Shown in pieces: positions 19,451 through 28,759 of a DNA stretch of 28,759 nt. The notes below the pieces were generated by a model, which saw only the letters and a program-made list of their open reading frames with translations, searched no databases and had not been told where the DNA came from. The translations under genes and the position numbers were made by a program. Source of the stretch: Macrostomum lignano (Eukaryota). Positions within the stretch are counted from its first letter, which is position 1, and each line of letters starts with the position of its first letter. Location: positions 1 through 28,759 of the forward strand of contig NIVC01005003.1 in assembly GCA_002269645.1 (NCBI GenBank), in the 5' to 3' direction.

Positions 19451-21668
19451 CTACTTGATGCAGCAGAACCAAATCCAACCGATGGTGCTGATGAACAGCA
19501 GCAGCAGCACCATCAGCCAGGTGAACATGCCCGGCCCACCGCCCACGCCGGCCTCTGCTAGCCGAACTCGATTTTGCTCGACTGAGATTTGCTCAGTCTC
19601 TGAGTCATCGCCGGTGCCGACTTTCGCTGGCGGCGACTGCGGTGGCTGCACTGCGGAAGGCTGCCGAGCTTGAGAGCTTCGAGGCTTGGCTGGCTGTCGA
19701 GGTGCAACTTCTTTAACAATTTCTTCCGTTGTTGTTGTTGTTGCTTCTGCCGCTTTTGCTGTTGTTGCAGACTCTGTTGTTGCTACCGTGGCTTTCGCCG
19801 ACGAAGACGCCTGAGGACTTGAAGCTGAAGGACTTACCTCATTGAGCGATGGCTTAGATGTTGACTTTGTGGAAGCTTTTGGTGAAGCAGTCGAGACTGC
19901 AACTTCTGGCTCTTTGCTGGCTGCTCCAGCAATTGTCGATAGCACTGATGAAGCTGAGTTGGTGATTTGTTTTTCAGCTGCCGAAGAAGCCTCGAAAACT
20001 GATGTAGTTTGAGCAGCCTGAGTTCCTGCCGCTGCTGTGCTTTGCGCCACTGCAGCTCCTGCTGATGCTGAGGCTTCGGAGGTCGCAGACCCTGACGGCA
20101 TGAGCAGGTCGTCAAAACCGGCCCAGTCACCGCCACCACCGCCGCCTCCTCCTCCTTCTGCATCGCCTGAGGCCGCCTGAAGAGCGGATGCTGAAGTGAA
20201 ATCAGGGGTGACACACTTGGGTTAATCTGCTCCAGAATCTGCTATTAGATCTGCTCCAGAATCTGCTATTAGATCTGCTCCAAAATCTGCTATTAGATCT
20301 TCTTTAGAATCTGCTATTAGATCTGCTCCCGAATCTGCTATTAGATCTGCTCCCGAATCTGCTATTAGATCTGCTCCTGAATCTGCTATTAGATCTGCTC
20401 CTGAATCTGCTATTAGATCTGCTCCTGAATCTGCTATTAGATCTGCTCCAGAATCTGCTATTAGATCTGCTCCAGAATCTGCTATTAGATCTGCTCCCGA
20501 ATCTGATGATACATCTGCTCCTGAATCTGATGGTACATCTGCTCCTGAATCTGATGGTACATCTGCTCCTGAATCTGATGATACATCTGCTCCTGAATCT
20601 GATGGTACATCTGCTCCTGAATCTGATGGTACATCTGCTCCTGAATCTGATGGTACATCTGCTCCTGAATCTGATGGTACATCTGCTCCTGAGTCTGATG
20701 GTACATCTGCTCCTGAGTCTGATGGTACATCTGCTCCCGAATCTGATGGTACATCTGCTCCCGAATCTGATGGTACATCTGCTCCTGAGTCTGATGGTAC
20801 ATCTGCTCCTGAATCTGATGGTACATCTGCTCCTGAATCTGATGGTACATCTGCTCCTGAATCTGATTGTACATCTGCTCCTGAATCTGATGGTACATCT
20901 GCTCCTGAATCTGATGGTACATCTGCTCCTGAATCTGATGGTACATCTGCTCCTGAATCTGATGGTACATCTGCTCCTGAATCTGATGGTACATCTGCTC
21001 CTGAATCTGATGGTACATCTGCTCCTGAATCTGATGGTACATCTGCTCCTGAATCTGATGGTACATCTGCTCCCGAATCTGGAATTAGATCTGCTCCTGA
21101 ATCTGATGGTACATCTGCTCCTGAATCTGATAGTACAGTACATCTGCTCCTGAATCTGATTGTACATCTGCTCCTGAATCTGATGGTACATCTGTTCCCG
21201 AATCTGCTATTATATCTGCTCCCGAATCTGGAACTAGATCTGCTCCTGAATCTGATGGTGCATCTGCTCCTGAATCTGATGGTACATCTGCTCTCGAATC
21301 TGGAATTAGATCCGCTCCTGAATCTAATGGTGCATCTGCTCCTGAATCTGATGGTACATCTGCTCCAGAATCTGATGGTACATCTGCTCCTGAATCTGAT
21401 GGTACTGTACATCTGCTCCTGAATCTGATGGTACATCTGCTCCAGAATCTGATGGTACATCTGCTCCTGAATCTGATGGTACTGTACATCTGCTCCTGAA
21501 TCTGATTGTACATCTGCTCCAGAATCTGATGGTGCATCTGCTCCTGAATCATCTTTAACCAATGAAAGCCATAGACAGCAGCAAATAGAACTCACCAGTG
21601 TTGACAAGTAGCAGAGAAGTCAGCGCAATCGACAGCAGATGCGATTTTCCTTGCCAGATCAGCATCAT
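19451..21668 (-). CDS. Host type I membrane mucin-like protein, about 270 aa, two coding exons (21668..21596 and 20190..19451)
   Basis: Exon 1 ends ACT G|GTGAGT. The acceptor is TTCACTTCAG|CA with a TTAAC branch-like site about 30 nt upstream, and the phases match (phase 1). The spliced product is MMLIWQGKSHLLSIALTSLLLVNTASA (signal peptide), an S/T/A-rich stalk, the TM segment MFTWLMVLLLLFISTIGWIWF and a CCIK tail. Confidence 0.8.
20225..21550. repeat. 24-bp intronic minisatellite with two subtypes
   Basis: ATCTGCTCCTGAATCTGCTATTAG (20225..20490) grades into ATCTGCTCCTGAATCTGATGGTAC. It fills the 1405-bp intron of the mucin-like gene. Confidence 0.95.
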
Positions 21669-22307
21669 GCAAGGCCTAAGAAATGCCACTGTAGATTACA
21701 AATCCACTAGGTTGTCAAACTAAAGACTTGTTCTTTTGAAGGTTTCTGCTTTACAATAGAAGTTTTCTATCTAACAGTCTCTCATAAGAGCGGATAGATG
21801 GAGAGAGTTTGGTTACAATGACAGACCGGCAGCAACTGCTCTTTCGTTGCTCTACAGTACAAATTTTAAGCATCTAACTGCTGCGAGCTTGCTGCATTTA
21901 ACAATATTGTGCTTTCTTGCACAGCCGAGCATGCTGTCTGTCTGTCTGTCTGTCTTTCTTTGCAGCATTTCTTCATTGCACTCGAGCGGGTGTACAGTCT
22001 CCGAGTCACACCATGTCAGAGCGGAGCATAATGCTTGAGCAGAGTACGGTGCGCTGGCCAAACAAAATAGAGAAGAAAGGAAAAGAAGAAAAAAATTCAA
22101 AACAGAATATGAACAAATCTGATTCTTTGTATAACTATGCAGACGTTATTCTTTTTAATTTGCTATTTTTTCGTTCCTTCAGTCCATGCATCATTGCGCC
22201 TCGGGGGGTTTTCAGTATCTCGGTATGATAGACGACTCATCGACCCTGAATTGAATTGTCAGTCTTGCTGGAGTTTTCTAGAGTTCAGAAAGTCTAGTAG
22301 TAGACAG

Positions 22308-22390
22308 GGTAGGTAGGTAGGTAGGTAGGTAGGTAGGTAGGTAGGTAGGTAGGTAGGTAGGTAGGTAGGTAGGTAGATAGGTAGGTAGGT
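22308..22390. repeat. (TAGG)n microsatellite
   Basis: About 20 direct GTAG copies. Confidence 0.97.
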
Positions 22391-23443
22391 TTTGCAGGGT
22401 TTGACGACCAGAGGGCGGCGCTGTTCCATGCGGTGGTCAAAGACTGTTTTGCTCTGTAACGATGAAGCGTCTCAAGGTCGGCGACGACGAATGAGTCATC
22501 AAAGCGGCGAGGAGATGCGCACTCGGTGTTTCAAAGGACTGCCTGCTGACTGACTCCGGCGCCCCGAACTTTGTAGTTGTTGGTAGCTTGGGTGGTTCGG
22601 TAGGTTCGGTAGATTTGGTAGGTCTGATAGGCTCGGTAGGTTCAGTAGGTTTGGCAGGTGCGGTAGGTTTGGTAGGTTCAATATTTTTTAATACAAACTC
22701 GGTGGTACTGCATAGAGCCAGTGAGAATATACTTGAAATCAATCAAAAAAATCGATTGATAATAATCAATCCATGTTGATTTCAGGTTTTTCACAAGGAC
22801 TACTTAAGTTGTCCTTGGTTTTTCAATCAAAACATGGTGAACAGTTGTTAGATAGAAAACAGTGCCACAATGCAAAGCAGAACTGGATAGGAAGTTTTTA
22901 GCATCTTACTCAAAGTAGTTTCTAAGTGAATAGTGTTTGGCAGTAGAATCAGTTCAACGATCTACGAGAGCCTCCACTGGTCTGCCCGGCTGAAGAAGAA
23001 GGGCCTGCAAGGCCAATACGGCCAGCCGTGTGGCCGGTCGATTGACGGGTTGAGTTGAATTGGACAACGCGAAGATTTTCTGTAAGTTGTTTTTTTAAGG
23101 AGGGACGGAACCAGGGGTTTTTTGGTACTCGTACAAGAGGCAGACGCGTTTACCGACGAGTTGTATCTTTTGTCCTTTTCTGTCATCTTGATTTCACCAG
23201 ATCCAAACTGATTCTGATCTCCACGTTTGACCTGTGCAGAATCTTTAATCTTCATCTCTGTCTCCTCATCTTCGCTGGAGGAAACACAAATATCCAACGA
23301 TAAAAATCGGGGGGAGAACAGGTAGCAACGAAGACGGTCAACTGCCGCTTTGTGACGTCTGCGAGCGTCCGTCAGCTGCCGATGAAGCTGCGGCTTTCGG
23401 TTGGGACTGAGGGCAGCCGTCAGTTCGTCTGGGGGGGTTCAGG

Positions 23444-24280
23444 GGGTTGTAGCCTGCAGAGGACACCCGATTGATAATATGGGAGGTTGCAGCCTGCAGA
23501 CGACACCCGATTGATAATATGGGGGGTTGCAGCCTGCAGAGGACACCCGATTGATAATATGGGAGGTTGCAGCCTGCAGAGGACACCCGATTGATAATAT
23601 GGGAGGTTGCAGCCTGCAGAGGACACCCGATTGATAATATGGGGGGTTGCAGCCTGCAGAGGACACCCAATCGATAATATGGGGTTGCAGCCTGCAGAGG
23701 ACACCCGATCGATAATATGGGAGGTTGCAGCCTGCAGAAGACACCCGATTGATAATATGGGGGGTTGCAGCCTGCAGAGGACACCCAATCGATAATATGG
23801 GGTTGCAGCCTGCAGAGGACACCCGATCGATAATATGGGAGGTTGCAGCCTGCAGAAGACACCCGATTGATAATATGGGGGGTTGCAGCCTGCAGAGGAC
23901 ACCCAATCGATAATATGGGGTTGCAGCCTGCAGAGGACACCCGATTGATAATATGGGGGGTTGCAGCCTGCAGAGGACACCCGATTGATAATATGGGGGG
24001 TTGCAGCCTGCAGAGGACACCCAATCGATAATATGGGGTTGCAGCCTGCAGAGGACACCCGATTGATAAAATATGGGGGTTGCAGCCTGCAGAGGACACC
24101 CGATTGATAACATGGGGGGGGGTTGCACTCTGTGGAGGACACCCAATCGATAATATGGAGGGTTGCAGCCTGCAGAGGACACCCGATTGATAATATGGGG
24201 GGTTGCAGCCTGCAGAGGACACCCGATTGATAATATGGGGGGTTGCAGCCTGCAGAGGACACCCGATCGACAATATGGGT
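23444..24280. repeat. ~40-bp minisatellite, about 21 copies
   Basis: Unit GCAGCCTGCAGAGGACACCCGATTGATAATATGGGGGGTT, 38-41 bp variants. Confidence 0.96.
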
Positions 24281-24887
24281 TTAAGTTTACTTTTAGATTG
24301 AAAAAAATGTTGTGGTATTTGATCATTTCTTTTAACTGACAGGCTTCTGAACTTCCGAGAAGCATATGAAACTAGTAAGGGCATGCGAAGACTTACCACA
24401 GCTATAGACGACAACTGTATAATATTCTTCCATTCTTACTAAAAAATCGACGTTTTCAGCGAATATTTAATTACTCGTAGTGCAAGTTTTTCAGAAGCCA
24501 GAGAGATGTCTTGTCTCTCTTTCGGAGCTCTGGGTTTTGTTGCTTTTGTACTCAGATTCGGGTTTGCAATTAATTTGCAAAACTATAGAAAGTGACAAGG
24601 AATTGCCTACAGTCTGCAGGCTTCGTGTCTGTTTCGAGGGCTCTTCAAACTCGCACTGCATGTACAGATCTTTGTCAAATCTTCACAACTTCATATTTTA
24701 CAACAGATTATAGACTCACTGTGTCTTTGCTTGGCTTTGTATCAAACTGCAGACATGAATTAGGTAATTCAGGTCGCAGTAATCAAGATTGGGCCTGACA
24801 GCAATTCGCTCAAAACTAGCTACTGGAGGTAAAAAGTAACGCCTTTTTATGAAAGGCAAAAAATAACTAGCTAGCTAACTACGAGCG

Positions 24888-25877
<990 letters not shown>

Positions 25878-26493
25878 CAATGCACCCTGCTAACTGCATG
25901 GTATTACTGTGGCCTCATTTGTTGATAACGAGGATGAGAATGAAGACGCGGTGAACTCAAAAAGACAGCCCGACGCCAGCCAAACGAACCGCTGGGATGA
26001 CGGCCTGCCAGCCTTTGAATGGGGAGAAGGGAGAGACAGACGGTTGTGGGGTGGCTGCTGGCGGAACAGCGTTGAGGCTTTTTGACAGCCGCGGCATCCA
26101 TTGATGGCGAGGGCGGCGTCGGTCCCAGCCGATGCAGCCAGTCAGTCAGGCGGCTCCATCATAGGGGAGCAGGCTGCGGTGTGACACGGGGAGAATTCAG
26201 TACCGGAACTGCCGACTTCTATAAGCGAGGAGGCTGATATGCAGCTCATAATTCATTACCCTGTCACGTGAATCCTAAATCCCCGCGCGCAGAATGGGCT
26301 TTGTAGTAAACATTATCGGCAATGAAAAAAATCATCAATACATTGATATCATGGCGCTTAGTCGGAGCATATCTGACAGCGCTTTTTTATGCCACTCAGC
26401 TGACCATTCTAATAATAGGTTTGCCATGAGAAAAACATTTATTCGGCCGTGTGTGCTTGGGCTGAAAAAGTATTCAAGTTAGATTTGGACTAC

Positions 26494-27252
26494 TTCTTGG
26501 GATTAGATTCTTGGGGTATCTGGAGATTCTGGGGATATCTGGAGATTCTGGGGATATCTAGAGATTCTTGGGGTATCAGGAGATTCTGGGATATCTAGAG
26601 ATTCTTGGGGTATCTGGAGAATCTTGGGATATCTGAAGATTCTTGGGTTATCTGAAGATTCTTGGGATTTCTGGATAATCTTGGGATATCTGAAGATTCT
26701 TGGGGTATCTAGAGAATCTTGGGGTATCTGGAGATTCTGGGATATCTGGAGATTCTGGGGATATCTGAAGATTCTTGGGATTTCTGGAGATTCTTGGGGT
26801 ATCTGGAGATTCTTGGGGTATCTGGAGATTCTTGGGGTATCTGGAGATTCTTGGGGTATCTGGAGATTCTGGGATATCTGGAGATTTTGGGGATATCTGG
26901 AGATCTGGGGATATCTGGAGATTCTGGGGACTTCTGGAGATTTCGGGGATATCTGAAGATTCTTGGGATTTCTGGAGATTCTTGGATATCTGAAGATTCT
27001 TGGGATTTCTGGAGATTCTTGGGATATCTAAAGATTCTTGGGATATCTGGAGATTCTTGGGATATCTGGAGATTCTTGGTATATCTGACTATTCTTGTGA
27101 TTTCTAGATATTCCTGTGATTTCTAGATATTCCTGTGATTTCTAGATATTTCTGTGATTTCTAGATATTCCTGTGATTTCTAGATATTCCTGTGATTTCT
27201 AGATATTCCTGTGATTTCTAGATATTCCTGTGATTTCTAGATATTTCTGGGA
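26494..27252. repeat. Degenerate 18-20-bp minisatellite followed by about 8 x 19-bp repeat
   Basis: TTCTTGGG(G/A)TATCTGGAGA-type units run to about 27095, then TTTCTAGATATTCCTGTGA units run 27101..27252. Confidence 0.9.
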
Positions 27253-27699
27253 TTTCTGGGTATTCTTGGTCTTGGCACTAGCTTTATTAGGATTTAGACT
27301 TTGAAACTAAATTGTTGGAACTTGAATTGGGATTCAAGTTTGGGACTCCAGGGTTCTTGACACTACGTCAAGGTCTATGAAGACCTGCCAAGAGGTTGGA
27401 AATCCTTCCACCCTACCAGGGGGAAAAGCTGGGATCATGGAAGGAACCTGCTTGTTACTGATTCAACTAAGATCCATCCCCAAACCCACCATCATCCCCT
27501 TGTTCCCGAATTCCCATTGGTTGTGCCTTTGCGAACCCACCCTCGGCGCCGGTAAAGCGACCCAATCCTGCGACTTCTCTCAGTGGTAAGAAAAACCGAT
27601 CTTATTACTTTTAGCTAAACACCGGTGTCAAGTAAGCCACTTGAGATAAATAAAACTTCGAAGCAGATAATTAAAAAACAAACTGCATTAATAACTAAT

Positions 27700-28045
27700 A
27701 TGTCGCGTCATTATCAGCACCAGCAGATTTATGATCCCCAAATTGCCTGCCCAGAGCAATACCTGACTCAACAGCCGTATCACCATCAAGGTCACGTGCT
27801 CTATCAACAAGCCTCAGAAGCTGCCACCAATATACTTCAGTCGCCTCAATGTGCATTCGCTAGCGAAAATGCGTCAACGGTTGGCATGGCAACAACTCTT
27901 CATCAGCATGGCAGCGGGTCAGCAGTCAGGCCGGATTCAACCAGCCCGTGCTGCAGCAACGACAGCGGCGGACAGGCTGGCGGATTCAGTGCGGCGCCGT
28001 TCAAATGGATGGAGATCAAACGGCATCAGGCTAGGATGGCGAAAG
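27700..28045 (+). CDS. Hox1: Exon 1 of a probable Hox paralogy group 1 (labial) homeobox gene
   Basis: Q/H/Y-rich N-terminus followed by PFKWMEIKR at 27997..28023, a YPWM-type hexapeptide of the labial/Hox1 form (cf. TYKWMQLKR, TFDWMKVKR). A canonical donor AAAG|GTGAGC follows a few codons later. The homeodomain exon is not in the window. Confidence 0.72.
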
Positions 28046-28139
28046 GTGAGCCTTTGCTGTGTTTCTGCTTCTGATTTAATGAATGGTAAACCGAATAGTT
28101 AGCAAACTGAGTGTCAGGTGGTGTCAAACTGAGTCTAGA

Positions 28140-28759
28140 AGTGTCTTGACAAGGCGCCAAATTGGGTGTAGAAGTGGTGCCAAACTGGATGTAGAAGTGG
28201 CGCCAAACTGGGTGTAGAAGTGGCGCCAAACTGGGTGTAGAAGTGGCACCAAACTGGGCTTTGAGGTGGCGCCAAACTGGGTGTTGTTGAGGTGGCGCCA
28301 AACTGGGTGTTGAGGTGGCGCCAAACTGGGTGTTGTTGAGGTGGCGCCAAACTGGGTGTTGAGGTGGCGCCAAACTGGGTGTTGTTGAGGTGGCGCCAAA
28401 CTTGGTGTTGAGGTGGCGCCAAACTGGGTGTTGTTGAGGAGGCGCCAAACTGGGTGTTGTTGAGGTGGCGCCAAACTGGGTGTAGAAGTGGCGCCAAACT
28501 GGGTGTAGAAGTGGCACCAAACTGGGCTTTGAGGTGGCGCCAAACTGGGTGTTGTTGAGGTGGCGCCAAACTGGGTGTTGAGGTGGCGCCAAACTGGGTG
28601 TTGAGGTGGCGCCAAACTGGGTGTTGTTGAGGTGGCGCAAAACTGCGTGTTGAGGTGGCGCCCAAACTGGGTGTTGAGGTGGCGCCAAATGGTGTTGAGG
28701 TGGCCAAACTGGTGTTGTTGAGGTGGCGCAGAACTGCGTGTTGAGTGGCGCCAATCCCA
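28140..28759. repeat. 23-26-bp minisatellite in the putative Hox intron
   Basis: Unit GAGGTGGCGCCAAACTGGGTGTT(GTT), with GTAGAAGT variants. It runs off the end of the window. Confidence 0.95.

Noticed and set aside
20222-21607. 461-aa secreted SDSGADVP-repeat protein
   Set aside because: It starts at TTG, overlaps a perfect GTGAGT donor, and changes repeat frame internally. It is better explained as the intron of the mucin-like gene.
23338-24414. Cys-rich long ORFs, and similar ORFs at 26624..27126 and 28026..28754
   Set aside because: These are translations of minisatellites that cycle through frames, with no coding signature.

Overview
Eukaryotic (animal) genomic DNA. Bases 1 to about 17683 are an integrated Polinton/Maverick (adintovirus-like) element whose left end lies outside the window. 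It has long terminal inverted repeats built almost entirely from an ~82-bp tandem unit. It carries a full virus-like gene set: RVE integrase, protein-primed PolB, adenain-like protease, packaging ATPase, major and minor capsid proteins, a parvovirus-type PLA2 protein, an adenovirus pX-like protein, a gasdermin-X-like membrane protein, core proteins, and a RING protein that is probably membrane-anchored. Several of its genes are broken by 1-2 bp indels, nearly all deletions and mostly in homopolymers, which looks more like long-read error than decay. Bases from about 17684 to the end are satellite-rich host DNA. They contain a two-exon type I mucin-like membrane protein gene (minus strand) and exon 1 of a probable Hox1/labial-type homeobox gene (plus strand). 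All family assignments come from recognising motifs by eye; no database search was run.
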